A stretch of 57,943 nt of DNA, taken from Lama guanicoe (lineage: Eukaryota). The first letter of the stretch is position 1, and each line of letters opens with the position of its first letter. The notes under the pieces were generated by a model that made no database searches, had not been told where the DNA came from, and was given only the letters and a program-made list of their open reading frames with translations. This document shows, piece by piece, positions 24,900-39,100 of the stretch. The position numbers and the translations under genes were made by a program. The stretch is from the NCBI GenBank assembly GCA_013239625.1, contig MU054100.1, positions 158,580-216,522 on the forward strand, in the 5' to 3' direction.

Positions 24900-25600
24900 G
24901 GTTTATTTATTCATTTGATCACACCTATGTATTGAACACCTGCTGTATTCCTAGTCCTCTTCTGATTTGGGCATACAATTATGGGGAAATAAGGGACTTG
25001 GGCAGTTCATTTTCTAGTGGAATATAGAAGCAAAACAAATGAATAAAAAGGATTTCAAGTCTTGGTTAGCCCTTAGGATGATCAATAGAAAATCTGGAGA
25101 CTTTAGGGGAGTCTTCAGTAAAGCAACACAAATTTGAGATGTGAAGAGTAAGTAGGTGACAACTATGTGAGAAATACACACAAGGTAATTTCAGCTAGTG
25201 GGACACACATGTCCAGATGATGTAAGGCAGGAAAGAAATACTGGCCAAAAGCAAAGGAAGCTCTGTGGTTTGAATACTAGGGAGTGAGGAGAGTTGTTTG
25301 AAATGATGTTGAAGTAGGCAGAATCTTATGGAACAAAGCAAGGAGTCTGGATCTAATTCAAGGGGAAGGGGATGGGAAGAGTTGTAGGTAATGTGATTCA
25401 ATTTAAGTGTTTATAAAAATCACTATAGAATAGTGTGTATCGACTGGCTTCAAAGGGTCAAGGATGCTATTGGGAGACTGTTGAAATAACCAAGGGAAGA
25501 CATGATTTTAGATCAGACTTAGGATGGCAACAATAAAGAAATAGGGGAAACAGTTTTAAGATAAAATTTGGAGATAGAAAATATATTGAAAAGGTGACTT
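24900..25600 (-). mobile_element. L2 LINE remnant
   Basis: Motifs tttatttattcatttgatcacacctatgtattgaacacctgctgtattcc...gggagactgttgaaataaccaagg. Confidence 0.55.
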
Positions 25601-25697
25601 TTATTTGGAATACTTTTGTCAATTCTATCACTCATCTCTAATTTTTCAGATGTTTGTGTGTGTATGTGTGTGTTTAATTTAGAAATAATCATTTCAG

Positions 25698-25827
25698 TTT
25701 TGGGGAGAGTGTAGCTCAAGTGGTAAAGTGCATGCTTAGCAAGCACAAGGTCCTGGGTGGCTCAGTCCCTGGTACTTCTAAAAATAAATAAACCTAATTA
25801 CTTTACCCCACTCACAAAAAATTTTAA
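25698..25827 (+). mobile_element. tRNA-derived SINE, camelid Vic-1-like, with 15-bp TSD
   Basis: The head ggggagagtgtagctcaagtggtaaagtgcatgcttagc is tRNA-Ala-like with an A box, and the tail is A-rich. TSD aaataatcatttcag occurs at 25683-25697 and 25828-25842. Confidence 0.85.
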
Positions 25828-26664
25828 AAATAATCATTTCAGGTTAGAAAAGAAAATGTTCTCAAGGAAGAAGTGGCACTGGAAATAGAACCAGTTAACA
25901 GAGCAATGCAAAAGCTGCTAGAGATTCTAAGAGATTTTTACCATATGAAAACAATACATTGATCAAGATTCATCAGAGATGTATATAACTTTTAATGTAT
26001 TTGTGTTAAGATATTTTTATAGCACTGTTTTCAAAAAAGATAATAAGTGAAAATAGCACATTGTATCACTTCTAAGGATAAGAGACATATCCATCTATCA
26101 AGTTAAAAAAAAAAGATCTTTCAATGATCACTAACAGACACTTTTAAATTTTCCATGAGTTCCATAAGAATTCTGTTTTCATCATGGACAAACTGAAGCA
26201 GAGAGCAGTGACCTCGATCTGGAAAACTACTTTATTTACCCTTTTAAGCTGTAGCATGAGTGTTACCTTCCATCTGCATTTGGAAGGCACAAATGGGATT
26301 CCCCCAGATTGTAGCATCGAGATTTCCTCATGGGGTAATTATTCCTCATGCTGAGGTGTCCTGTGTGTCCCTTGGTGGTACATACAACTGTGCACAACAC
26401 GATTGAGTAAATTCTGAATTATCAATACTAATGGCTTTCATAGAAGATTCAAACCACAGATGATCTTAGCCAGGTCTTTTTGTCTTGAGGAATATCACTG
26501 AGGAGACATGTATTAAAATTACACTTGGTTTAAAAAACAAAAAGAAAAAAACTTAAGAATGCAGTTTGTATCTGGATCCCATCAGCAACTGTTTTCTCCT
26601 CTTGAGTCCCGTGACTGCCTAGTGTAAGTGTTCAGTCTGCTCCCCCACTGTATTGACAAGACAA

Positions 26665-26985
26665 NNNNNNNNNNNNNNNNNNNNNNNNNNNNNNNNNNNN
26701 NNNNNNNNNNNNNNNNNNNNNNNNNNNNNNNNNNNNNNNNNNNNNNNNNNNNNNNNNNNNNNNNNNNNNNNNNNNNNNNNNNNNNNNNNNNNNNNNNNNN
26801 NNNNNNNNNNNNNNNNNNNNNNNNNNNNNNNNNNNNNNNNNNNNNNNNNNNNNNNNNNNNNNNNNNNNNNNNNNNNNNNNNNNNNNNNNNNNNNNNNNNN
26901 NNNNNNNNNNNNNNNNNNNNNNNNNNNNNNNNNNNNNNNNNNNNNNNNNNNNNNNNNNNNNNNNNNNNNNNNNNNNNNNNNNNNN
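26665..26985. other. Assembly gap (N run)
   Basis: Run of Ns. Confidence 0.99.
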
Positions 26986-26999
26986 TTTAATCACCAACT

Positions 27000-27180
27000 A
27001 AAATATTATGTATTTACATTAAATATATGCTGATTGTCTCCCTTCTATGATTGGATGGTAAATTGCCAAGAAACAAAGAACTGCTTATATTTTTAATTTT
27101 TTTCAACTGTATTCACAGCACCTAGAATGGTGCCTGAAAGTTAGTAGGTATTCAAAACGTATTTCTGAATACATGACTGT
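27000..27180 (+). mobile_element. L2 3' end remnant
   Basis: Motif caactgtattcacagcacctagaatggtgcctgaaagttagtaggtattcaaaacgtatttctgaat. Confidence 0.6.
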
Positions 27181-27689
27181 ATCATCAGGTCTTAGTAATT
27201 TTGCAGCCTAAGTCTTTCTCAAACTTTTTTCTTTTCTCTTGCTACTGCTGCACCCAGTGGTAGATGTTACAGTAGCATCTTGACCTACCAACCTGATAGC
27301 TATTATGCCGAGAGCCATCAGCCACCATATGTAAAGGCTAGTGCCGCCATGCTATGGTTCTGTTGGCAGTTTTTCCTGGTCTCTTCTTCACACCCTTCAT
27401 AGGACACCAAAGGGGCTACATAATTATGGAGTCTGCCCGACATGCTCTTTACTTTCCTTTTGTGAGACCCCTCATTTGGGGGGATAGGACCAGGTGATGC
27501 GTGATTCGAGAGGCACTTCCCCTATTTCCACTTGGAGGGTGGGTGAAGGGATCACCTCTGAGGGTTCCCATTATTCCTCATGCTTTTCCTTATGACTTCA
27601 TTGACCTTTTTTTTTTTAAATCCCCTTGTATCTTTATAGCTCTCTTACTCATCTGGTTGTTCATTGAAATCCAGTACAGAATCAGATTT

Positions 27690-27765
27690 ATTTCTCCATC
27701 CCAGTGCCTAACACAGGGTCTGGCCCATCACAGGCAATCAGTAAATGTTGGCTGAATGAATGAAA
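27690..27765 (+). mobile_element. L2 3' end remnant
   Basis: Motif atcccagtgcctaacacagggtctggccca...cagtaaatgttggctgaatgaatgaa. Confidence 0.6.
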
Positions 27766-27819
27766 GACTAGTTTAGATACAGCAAGAATCAACATGCATG
27801 CCTAGATAGAAGTTCTGAA

Positions 27820-27821
<2 letters not shown>

Positions 27822-27870
<49 letters not shown>
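27822..27870. repeat. Perfect (TG)n microsatellite, about 24 units
   Basis: Read directly from the sequence. Confidence 0.97.
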
Positions 27871-27873
<3 letters not shown>

Positions 27874-29069
27874 AGCTCTCTGGGTAGAACAGATGTGTGT
27901 AATGAATGCAGACCCAGAGAGAAGTGAGTTGTACAGTACATGGTCAGGCAGACACTGCAGAATATTTGGTTCTATGTTGCCCTTGATATACAGTTTGGGA
28001 TTAGAGGAAATGAAATTGTACTGCTACTGGTGGACAAGGAGTGTTTTTCTGAAAGAATGGAAAAATACAGAAAAACCAATTTTTCTAGTGATCCAGTGAT
28101 AACTATGTGAATAAAACTTTAATTCATCAGATTATAAAGTCAAAGTGTAATCTGTTTCATATCTGGTCCCACATAAATTATTACTGCTTTTGATAGGCAA
28201 TTAATTATCTTCATTAATATTTCATTGAGAAATAACTTGGTATTTGCAGATGCATAACTCTAGTACAGCAGTTTCATTACTTTGCTGTCATATATAAGAA
28301 GGTATGGATAGCAGACAAAGCAAAATAAACTAAAGAATATTTGATTCAAAAAATAATATTTCACATATTTGCAGTTACTGGAAAAAAATGTGAATTTAAT
28401 CTTAATACCCTTTAGAAAGTTTATATTTTCTGTGTATGTATTGAATTTTGCATTATTGAAAGATTTATCACAACTGTGTATGGACAAGTTTATTGTGGCC
28501 AAGATAGGAGACTGAAATTTACATCTTTATGAACTGAGTTGGTTAAGAGAGCATTTTATGAAGTGTCCTGGCAAAGACTTGTGCATGTCAAAGATTACAC
28601 AAACTTTTAAACTATTTTGAACTCTCTTCATAAATCCACTGCACAGGAGGATTAAATAATTATATCTCTTGCAGAAAGATATAGAAACCCTTCAGTGATC
28701 TGAAATTTTTGCCAAATGACCTGTTTCCTAAATCTTCTGCACCTTTATGTTTCCTGGGATGTTGATAAGCTCTTCAAATCACCAATTGAGGAGAATCATA
28801 GTGCCTACTCTGGGGCAAAGAAATTTCAGTTTGACAAGATGAATATGTTTGTTCTTTCATGTTGAGATTTTGCTTCCTTTGTTTTTCATTTGTGTTTCAT
28901 GTAAATGTTGCTGGAAAAAAATTCATGTGATGTCACTCCTTTAGAGATGTTTTCTATCCACCTCAGGGGCTTTTCTCCATCCCAGGGGCTCTCCCTCATG
29001 TGCTCAGACTTTTCTCACCTTTCCCTTAGGTCCACTGCAGTGGGGGCCTTTCCATTGTCCTCACTCAGC

Positions 29070-29700
29070 CCTTCCTTTCATCACCCTTCTGTCCCATTTC
29101 AATGAGAGCAATCTTTCCAAAGGCCCATCTGACTGTCACTCTTGTACGTTTTAAATTGTTAATATCAACCATTGCCCGGGCCCCTTAGCACGGCATTGAG
29201 GGGCCTTCATGCTTTTACCCTTTGTTTACCCCTGAAATTCCTTCTTCCTTCCCACCCACCTCGGGCTCTTGCATATCTCAGTACATAACACACACTCTTA
29301 TGAGGCTTTTGCCTTCTCCACCTGGACACTGTAATCCTGCTGTGACTTTATTTTTTCCCCCTTGCAACCTAATTCTCTAGTTGATTCCTAATAACTTTTC
29401 AGGACTTAGGGTAGAAATGTCAGCTTTTCTGGGAAACTTCAGGCAGACTTGCCAGTCAGCTCTTCCCCAACCCCTAGGAACTACTAGGAATTGAGTATAT
29501 CTGCTTTGTGTCCATTAACAAGATACAGGTCCCCAGTCTTAGCACTTCTCATAGTTTACCTACCTTATTGCTAGTCTGTCCTGCCAGAGGGGTATGTGAT
29601 CTTTGAGGGGAGGACGGTGTCTACTGCATCATTGTGTCATCACAAACATCTGGTAAAGAGTAAGCACATCAAACTTACTCAATAATTGTTAGCGAAACAC
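29070..29700 (+). mobile_element. L2 LINE remnant
   Basis: Pyrimidine-rich, L2-like text (gagcaatctttccaaag...ctgactgtcactc...tttgagggga). Confidence 0.5.
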
Positions 29701-29746
29701 AGAATAGGAATTTGTGCTTGTGTATAAAGAATTGTAATGGACATAT

Positions 29747-30248
29747 ATGTCTTAGTTTCTTATGATTGCTATAACAAAGCCGTAAACTTGGTGGCTTAAA
29801 ATAATATGTATCCTCTCACAGTTCTAAAGGACAGAAGTCCACAAATGGTTTCATCTGGTCAAAATGAAGGTGTAGACAGAGCCATGTTTCCTTCAAAAGC
29901 TCTAGAGAGGAATCTGTCTCCTGGGCTTTTTCTGGATTCTAGAGCTGCAGTCCTGGACTCATGGCCTCTTGCTGTGTCTTCAGAGCCAGTGGCATAGTTT
30001 CTTGCTTCAGTGTCTTTACCTTCATTGGTGTCAGTTCTGGGCCAGTGCTCCTGGTTTCCCCCTCCTAAGGACACTTAGGGTGGCCCAGCTTGCGCTCATA
30101 ATCCCGGGTAATCTTCCCACCTCAATATCCTGAACTTAATCACAACTGCGAAGTCTCTTTTTTCACAGAAGTTAACATTCAGAGGTTCCAGAGATTAGAA
30201 TAGCTTTGGGGACCAGATATCTTTGGGGATCATTATTTAGCATACCAT
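29747..30248 (-). mobile_element. MLT1 (MaLR) solo LTR
   Basis: Motifs tgtcttagtttc...aaacttggtggcttaaaataata...cacagttcta...ggggatcattatttagcataccata. Confidence 0.8.
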
Positions 30249-31399
30249 AATATGTGAAGGCTGTTCTATTTTTGAACCTAAACTTTTTAAAGATACCCAA
30301 ATGAAAAAGAATTGGAAAGTTCTCAAGTATTAGAGGCACACATAGTGTTACTTTCTTTATGTCTTCATATATGTGCTGTCTACACAAGGGGATTTATGTG
30401 GACAATTGATATCATAATCTGGAAAGTTATGAGGCAAAATGTCATAATGTCTAAAATGTAACAAAGAAAGCAAATATGGCTTTTAGTTATTCATTTGAAC
30501 AATATATGGAATCAGTATTTCCTTTCATTTTTTTATTAGGGTTCAGAGTATCCCCTTGTCTTTAGGGCATATATTAGCTTTATCTTGTTTATTTCTTATA
30601 TTTTATGTTCCAATTTTGACCTTCTTAACAATTGCCAGAGACAAAGGCTTATGGATAAGGTTTCATTTGAAGAGAGGGTTCTGCTTCTGAAACTGTCTCA
30701 GGAAGTCCTATTCCAGGAACTCACCTAGGAAAGGGATACGTTGGGAACGGTGACTCACTTGTTTATGTATTCATTTATTCTGTTTAACAAACATCAAAGG
30801 AACATCTGGTTTCCATTAGAGTATGTAAAAGTATATAAAGATAAATAAGTAATAGTCATTGGAGATATTCAGTCTAATATGCAGGACAGTTTTAGGGACT
30901 TCCGAATTTGGGATTATCTTCCCTTTCTGAGTCAGACCGTACTGTAGTTTTTGGAATTGCATTAAAACAAAAACTTCAGGACATCAATGGGTCAAATAGT
31001 TTCATATAGTCTGTGTTTCTTTTCCAGAATTATGTCCAAATATGGGATAAAGACTTCTCTCTTGGAGATTAGAGGTGGACAGTGAGAGAAGGCATGGCTA
31101 AGCCTTATAGCCTAGTACCTGTGGATTGGATTGGAGCACCTTTCTAGAAAAGGCTCTGTGTTGTAACCTTTCTTTGGAGAAATTGTGGGTCCATAATGAA
31201 ATCCATGTATAATTTTATTTTAACCTAACTGAAATAAAAAATGGGATATGTTACTCTAAATCAGAAGGTAAACAGAACTCTGAAACTGATTTTTTAAAGG
31301 AATTAATGTCCGATACTCTTTTTTTTTCCTTTGAGTCAAACACATAGATATCTTATGAAATTCAAAATAACTCCCTGCCTATATTGCCTTAAAAAATAA

Positions 31400-31580
31400 T
31401 TCAGTCTCCCTAAGGTCAGGAATAAATCAAGGATGTCTACTTTTTACTACTAATCAGCACTCTAATGGAAGTTCTAGCTAAGGCAGACAAGAAAGATAAA
31501 TAATCTAGATTTAAAAGAGAAAAGTGAAACTGTATCTATTGGTAGATAACATAAGATAATCTTGTAAATAAGAAATCTTA
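31400..31580 (+). mobile_element. Short ancient L1 ORF2 fragment
   Basis: ccctaaggtcaggaataaatcaaggatgtctact...gaagttctagcta corresponds to the RT region. Confidence 0.55.
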
Positions 31581-32052
31581 AATAGTTTTGTCTATTGAGT
31601 TGATATAGCATAATATAATTAATACTTTCATTGGTAGATATTTTACTTCACTGCAGGGAAGAACCCCATGATTTTACCACATAAAAAAGGTCTTTAGAAT
31701 TACAATTCAAGTTAAATTGAACATGTACAATTGTTTGACATCTTTATGGTAGCTAGCCTTCCAGGTACTGATATGTCTCCAAAAATGCACTTCAACAAAT
31801 ATTTCTTGTAGCCTAACATTCACCACTCACTTTGATAAGTCTTAAGGATGTCTAATTGGTGGGAAACAGTCTCTAAACTTAAGAAGCTTCTAAATCAGTC
31901 ACAGGTGACAGAAATCCAAAACAGTATGAGCTAGAACATATAAAAATGCAGCAAGTCTAGTAATGTGGTGTTGATGAAAACGGATGTGATAGAAAGGGCT
32001 TTGGAAAAGGTGATATTTACACAGATATCTGAAAGGGTGGTAGAAATTAGTG

Positions 32053-32451
32053 GCTTAGGATGAGCCTGCTCAGGCTGGTATAACAAGATACCACATATTG
32101 GGTGGCTTAAACAACAGGCACACTTATTTCCATACCATTCTGGAGGCTGGCAGTCTGATATCTAGTTGCCAACAGGTTGGTCTCTGGGAGACCTCTCTTT
32201 CTGCCTTGTAGATGATGATCTGCTCTCTGTGTCTTCATATGTCCCCTTTTTCATATGTACATGGAGAGAGACCAGGTATCTTTTCCTCTTTTGATAAAGA
32301 CAGAAGTCCTGTGGGATTAGGGTCCTACCCTAATGACTTAATTTAACTAATTACCTCATAAATGTCCTATGTATGGCCACAATTACATTGGGGGTTAGGA
32401 CATCATATGACATCATATGAAATTTAGAAAGACACAATTCAGTCCACAACA
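32053..32451 (-). mobile_element. MLT1A-like solo LTR
   Basis: Motifs ataacaagataccacatattgggtggcttaaacaaca...ttctggaggctgg...gacacaattcagtccacaaca. Confidence 0.8.
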
Positions 32452-33746
32452 GATAAGCAGAAGAGTGGAGATGAGAAATTAGTTAAATCCTGAGGAAGGG
32501 AAGGGATAGATAGACAGATAGGTAGGTAAAGTTCATCAATAAATCATTTAGAAAATTGTTTTAAAAATTTATAATGGGGAGAGAAGAACCTAGTAAAATA
32601 ACTGCATACTGTCTTAGAGGCGATTAAATTGAAATTTCCGGCAAAATTAACAATCACAGTTTGAGCAACTCGCTTAAAACAAGACAGGAAATCAATTATT
32701 TAACAGCCTTTTTAGTTTATAGATTTGCTTGTAGTTAGGGTCAAGTATGAATAATTAACTTACTTGATTACAAAATCATTCTGAATAATCTGCTCATATT
32801 TTTAAAGATAATATGAAAACTATAATCATAAAATGTGAGAGAAGAGAATACATATATGAAAGAAGGTAGTTAACAAGAAATATGTACCTCCAACAGAGGT
32901 CTCTAAAGAAAATAAACTAAACCTTTGTCGGGGCAGGAGACTGGAATAAGATTATAGACTCAGATTCCTCTTTTGACCAATATTTGGACAAACTTGATCA
33001 GATTGATAAAGATGAAAAGATGACATCTGCCTTAAACTTATTATCTGATAATGATGTACAAATGTTTTCAAAGGCTGTCTGTATTTCAATATATGAAATC
33101 TCTTTCTGTTTTATGGGAGTTAGAGTTCAAAAAATCTTCCTTTGTGGACTCACAATATATGTTAATATGACAGCTAAGTTTTTTACATATTTTTAGAAAA
33201 TGAAAGTGATTTATTAAATACAATTTTAAAAATTTGATTTATAAAAGAGCTGGAGGTGGCAACCCACAATAAATTAATCTATTGTGAATTATGAAAGTAT
33301 TAATCAGCTTGATGTAAACATCTGTGGTTCACAGAAATGGCCTGGAATTATTTATCAGTGTCATTTCTCCTTTCTGCCTCACCTAACTCCACTTAATGAC
33401 TGGGACTCACATATCTTTGTCATTACATATGGAATAGAATATGTGCCAAAACATACAGTTCAGGGTTTAAAAGTTAAATTGCATGAATAATTATGAATAC
33501 CCTGTCTAGTATGTAAAAATTCTAAATTACCTGAATGATTGAGATTTAGCATTCAACTTGACAGAGTGAGAAAATGTTCGCTTTAAATTTAAAACAAAAT
33601 AACTACCATTTCTTAATCTGTTAGACTGTACTAACAGCTTTACTTCCCCTATTTAATTTAACTGTTCAAAACATTTTATTTAAAAAATACTGAAGAATGC
33701 ATGGAAATGCAAATTGATGGTAAGTTATAAAGCCAGAATTTGAAAT

Positions 33747-34024
33747 NNNNNNNNNNNNNNNNNNNNNNNNNNNNNNNNNNNNNNNNNNNNNNNNNNNNNN
33801 NNNNNNNNNNNNNNNNNNNNNNNNNNNNNNNNNNNNNNNNNNNNNNNNNNNNNNNNNNNNNNNNNNNNNNNNNNNNNNNNNNNNNNNNNNNNNNNNNNNN
33901 NNNNNNNNNNNNNNNNNNNNNNNNNNNNNNNNNNNNNNNNNNNNNNNNNNNNNNNNNNNNNNNNNNNNNNNNNNNNNNNNNNNNNNNNNNNNNNNNNNNN
34001 NNNNNNNNNNNNNNNNNNNNNNNN
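33747..34024. other. Assembly gap (N run)
   Basis: Run of Ns. Confidence 0.99.
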
Positions 34025-34724
34025 TAGTTTTGTGTGAGTTCATCAAATCATTGAAGAAGAAATGTTTGAAAAGTCCTTTAAATCGCATAAAGAAAGTAGA
34101 TGTTTGATCCAATTCCAAATCAATATCCCTTCCTCCTTTAAAAATATATGTCTAATTCCCAGCTCACTTTACCAATTTTTTCAAAATCTTTCAAACCTCT
34201 ATGGCATTCTTCTCTGGTGTTTCTATCTGAAAAGCTTCCTGGATGTCTGTTTTATATTGTTCTAGTACTTATCCAAATATTCATTTTTAATTAACATTTC
34301 CTATCTCTGTTTCCTAAGGTTGTTATGTAACTGTGTCTATGATACCAGAGAGATCACGGACTTTGCTTCTGTAAGTCACAAAACCCTTCAACTAATTATC
34401 CTGCATTTAGCAATGCACAATGAAGTAGTAAGTTCTTAATATTTGCTTGTGGTTAACAAGTATTATGACAATGCAATTTTCTGAAAAGATTACCAGCTCA
34501 ATGGGAGTGTTTAACAACCTGGGGCCTGACATAATTGACCATATTGCATTCATATCTAACATCATGAGGCCCGCTATAATATAAATGATGAAACTAAGCA
34601 AATAGATAACTGATAGAGACTTTATGCATGGATTAATGTCTTTGAAAAATGTTTATTAGTGTATTTGTACCTCCAGTATGTCTGAAAGATGTAGGTAATA
34701 ATCACCTTCTGGAACAGCACTGAA

Positions 34725-34808
34725 TATATATATATATGTGTATGTGTGTATATAAATATATATATGTATATGTGTATATATATGTATGTGTATATATGTG
34801 TGTATATG
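34725..34808. repeat. (TA)/(TG) mixed microsatellite
   Basis: Read directly from the sequence. Confidence 0.85.
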
Positions 34809-35889
34809 AATACATTTACTTAGTTTCACATCCACAAGCAAACACACAAAATATCCATTATATATATTTGTAAACTTATATAGAGGACTACCTTTTTTAT
34901 GTGTGAACTATCCACGTGGTATCTTATTTTTAAAACACATTATGCGTATAAGAAAGACTGCATTACACATATCCATATGTAGGAGCCTAAGCGATTGTTG
35001 ATCTTTTTTTTAAATAGTACTATTACTCCATGATCTCTTATTTCTAAATCCAGAACTCTCTTCCCTACTATCCTGTGAAGGGGAAAGTGGAGTGTGTGTT
35101 GGAGAGCAGAAGCAGATGAGAGGCCTTAGTAAATCAAAGAATGAAAACTCATCATTTTGTCCTTAGATATGTGATATACAATTTAACCACATTCATCAAA
35201 GGAAAAACATTCAGGAAAAATTTTAAGTCCCCTAGATCCATTTGTTAAAGGTGATATAAGTTGATCTTTTTTATTGCTTTATGCTTTTTTTTTTTTGAAA
35301 AATGAATTTTCCTCATGGAAGAAGTTTGCCCTGCCTTGGAAAACAGCTTGCCATCAAACATGTTCACCAGATATTTACAAGCTTGATACATTAAAGGGAA
35401 GGATTTTTGCATACAAATCTTTGCAAATTTTCTTGGATGAAATGCAAGAAGGATTTGATTTGTATGAGATTCTACTTGATGGCAAACAAGGCAGAGCTAT
35501 CACATGGTTCCCAGGAGGCTTACACCCAACAGCATGAAAACTTGGAAGTCTGCCTGTATTACCTTATGTGATGACTGCAGAGCTCAATCGCATTTAAGAT
35601 TTAATATCATTGGCAAGATGCCTCCAGCAGCCACCGAGTAATATGGAGTAAAAATGTCTTAATCTCCAAAAGATTGCTGTCTTGTGAAGTAAATTACTCT
35701 AGTTACATTAACAAGTTAACTAGGTACAAGGTGAGAATATAAAATCTTAGAACTAAGCTCTGGTTCATATATATTCAAAAGGTAGCAGGATAAAAACAAT
35801 GGATAGACTAAGAAGAAGCAGGGAGAAATTTGTGATGTTTGGACACCAAAGAAGACTGAAATTTATGAGAAAGAAGTATCAACGTAGTG

Positions 35890-36110
35890 TAAAAAGCCGG
35901 GTCTCCTTTGGCTCTAATACTAAGTTTGTCATTTATAAGTAGTGTGATCTTGTACAAGTAACTTAAACTCTTAATTTCTGTTTTCCTGATTGTTAAATTG
36001 GATTAATAATGAAACCTAGCTCATGGAATTATCAGGGAGGCTTAAAAGGATAAAATACATTAAGTTATTAGAACATCTAGACTTTTATACTATAGTTTGA
36101 TGTTATTATC
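35890..36110 (+). mobile_element. MIR SINE remnant
   Basis: Motifs gtgtgatcttgtacaagtaacttaaactc...ataatgaaacctagctcatgg. Confidence 0.6.
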
Positions 36111-39100
36111 ATTATCAAAGTCATTAAAATTAGGAATTAAAAGTGATCATTTTCTTTACTTTTCTATGTGTAACTTCTATTGTTACCACAATTTCTTTAT
36201 TTCTTAATGCCTACATTCAGTTCAAGCTCTAAAGAGAAAAGACTAAAATTTTTCTATTATTTTAAAGGGTTAATAACACATTCTTTAGAATGGAACAAAG
36301 TCTCTTATACTTTATCCTAAAATGACCCACTAAAATGTAACCTGTGAGTTACAGAGAATTTTGTAAATCTAAAAACTCACCTTGCTTCTTATTTTAACAA
36401 CATTAAATTAAGATGAATGCAAAGATTCTTTAATCTGGAAATAAAGATGAGAGATACATCAGTACATATTTGGTGATTGAAGCCAAAAAATTAGTAATTT
36501 TGGACATTAGGAAATTTAAATCCTAGGATAAACTGCTAGGCTGGCACTAAAATACAAACACTGGTGTGGAGGCTACCAATTGTAAAGCTAGAATTCATAA
36601 ACACTAAGGACTTCTCTCACAATACTTTGATATATTTTTCCCTAAAGTGTGAACAAGGATAGAGTATTTATCGAGACTTAATTGTGATAAGTATCAGGAT
36701 TATGTGTTTTTCTGAAATCCATCAATGAAACATAATGAAATAATCTATAACCACTGATTTAATATTTCCCCTGTTATTTGATTGTGAATATGGGGGGTGG
36801 AGAATAAAATTTAATAAAATTTCAATCACATAGATGCAATAGCATTCAATCTCAATATCCCAAACGAGTTGTTCAAAACGGATTGTCATATATCAAATCA
36901 CTGATATGCTCATCCAGGACAATGACCTTAGCATTTGTCATCTTGTCACTCGTAAAAACCTTCAAGACCTCGAGGCAGAAATGTCCGTTTTCCTGCCCCC
37001 AAAGGCTTGTCTCAGATAGGTTGATTTAAATTCTCATATATTTAGAATCAATTGGAGACTTTTCAATAAAACTAAAATTATATAGCAGTTTTGAAAAGAA
37101 TTTTGCTATCAGAGGAAACACAGCAGTAATGAGAGAGAGAGAAAAAACTAATAAAAAACCCCTTGAATTTACTTGGCATTAGTTTCAGCTATTTAGATTC
37201 TGCTTTCAAAGGATGTCCGTGATAATTATTTTTCTTTGTTTTCCTTCGGATTGGCTCTTCATTTGACAATGTCTGTGTAAGCTCTATGTTTTGAATAAGT
37301 GCCTGATTGACAACAGCAAAAGAGGAAGAAATGGTCACTTAACTTGAAACTCCACAGGAAAACAGGGCACTCATATAAAGATGATTTTAAGAGCTGAATA
37401 TGTGTTATTCTGTTTGAAAATCATTGTACTGAGAGAATTTATATAATAATATTTATTTAATGTGCGACGAGAAGGAAGTCTGCATTTATGGTACTTGTAC
37501 AATATTCGCTTTGATTTCACGTCTTTTAAAATTATATTTTCTACAGTAACATATTTGGTTCATTGACAGTCATTTATATTACTCATTAGATGATAATACA
37601 TGAATGAAAATGTAGTTAAATGCATAAAATATCACTACATGAGGCAAAAATTCTAAAACAAATGTATTAAAGCTGTCTGCCATTCTGACACTCCAGTTGA
37701 TCTCTGATATTTAGGTTACCATGACAACATGAAATTTGTGTACTACTTAGCATTTAAGAATTTATTTTAATTTTTATCCTTATTTGATTTTTTAATATAT
37801 TAAATGATAATTTCTCATATATTTCTGTTATATATCACAATAATAAAACATTTGAGCACCTTAAAATTTTCTAATAAGTTATTATAAGTATTATTTTAAT
37901 AAATTATATAGTTACTATTTATGAAGTTACAAGAAATTATATAATTAATTAAAATATATAGGTATTTAGTTTTCTGAAAAATTATTAAAATACTATAATA
38001 AAGGACACAAAAAATTATGGCAAATGCTTTGCCCTTATGGAATACTTCTTTATTCCTAATAATGCAAATAATCCTAAGAATTAACAGCATCCCTGATATT
38101 TAATAATTTAGTCCATACACACACATGCAGACACACATACACTCACACACTAACACACAAAAATCATACACTGGCCAATGTTAAGGGCTCCTTCTTAAGA
38201 AGACAGTGTCATATCTAACACTTGTTTTGTTGTTTTGGTGGTTGAAACTCTCCCAGTAGGGACTTTGCTTTATTTGTAACCCTCTTTTCCCAAAATTCCA
38301 TCACAAGGAAATGATTGATTCAACTGTGGCTAAAGAGTTTATGAGTGATTTGTTCACAACTTATTTCTATTTTTCATTTTGTGAAGATCAATGGAAGTCA
38401 GCAGTTGTGATACTTAAAAATCTAAAAATCATTAAGTGCACCAACACATAGTAGGTCCAGAAATGTTCCCATGTGTGTTTATCAGCTTTACTTATACAAA
38501 AATATACAGCAAAACTCCAAAAAAAGGACTCCATCTTTTCACCTCCTGCTCCTGGGAAGGCGGTGGGGATATTCAGCCTGAGGGGCAAATCATATTAAAA
38601 TAAAAGTTAAAGAAATGAAGAACAATCTTATACAAGGCCCAAAATAATATAGACCTTGTTTAGAACTATTACCTATTAAAGGACATGTGAAAAGCAAGAA
38701 CAACTACAAATAAACAAACACACTTTGATCCCAACAGTCTGTCTTTCCCTCCCACTTCTCTGTTAAAAAACACAAATAAACTTAATAAGGATATCAGTGT
38801 TTTCAGATGACACCTTATACTCAGGAAATGACCAATATTCAGCCCAATTGGCTTATTTTGCTGGAGATTGTCTTCAAAGAGAACATAAGAGAAAATACTT
38901 GGTGTTTCAGGGAACATTATTTCTTCCTGATGAAAAGGGAGAGTAGTAAGAAAGATCTCCTCTACACGCTCCTTCCTTGCTTCTTTCAGATGTTGTTAAC
39001 TGAGGATGTGATGCTGAATCCCCAGCACCATCTGATGAATGGAGGAGTAGCCAGACTAGTCAGCAGAATGCTTGAAAAGGATTCCATCATTCCATCACTG

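Noticed and set aside
25702..25775. tRNA-Ala gene
   Set aside because: The T-arm/B box is broken, and the A-rich tail and TSD identify a SINE.
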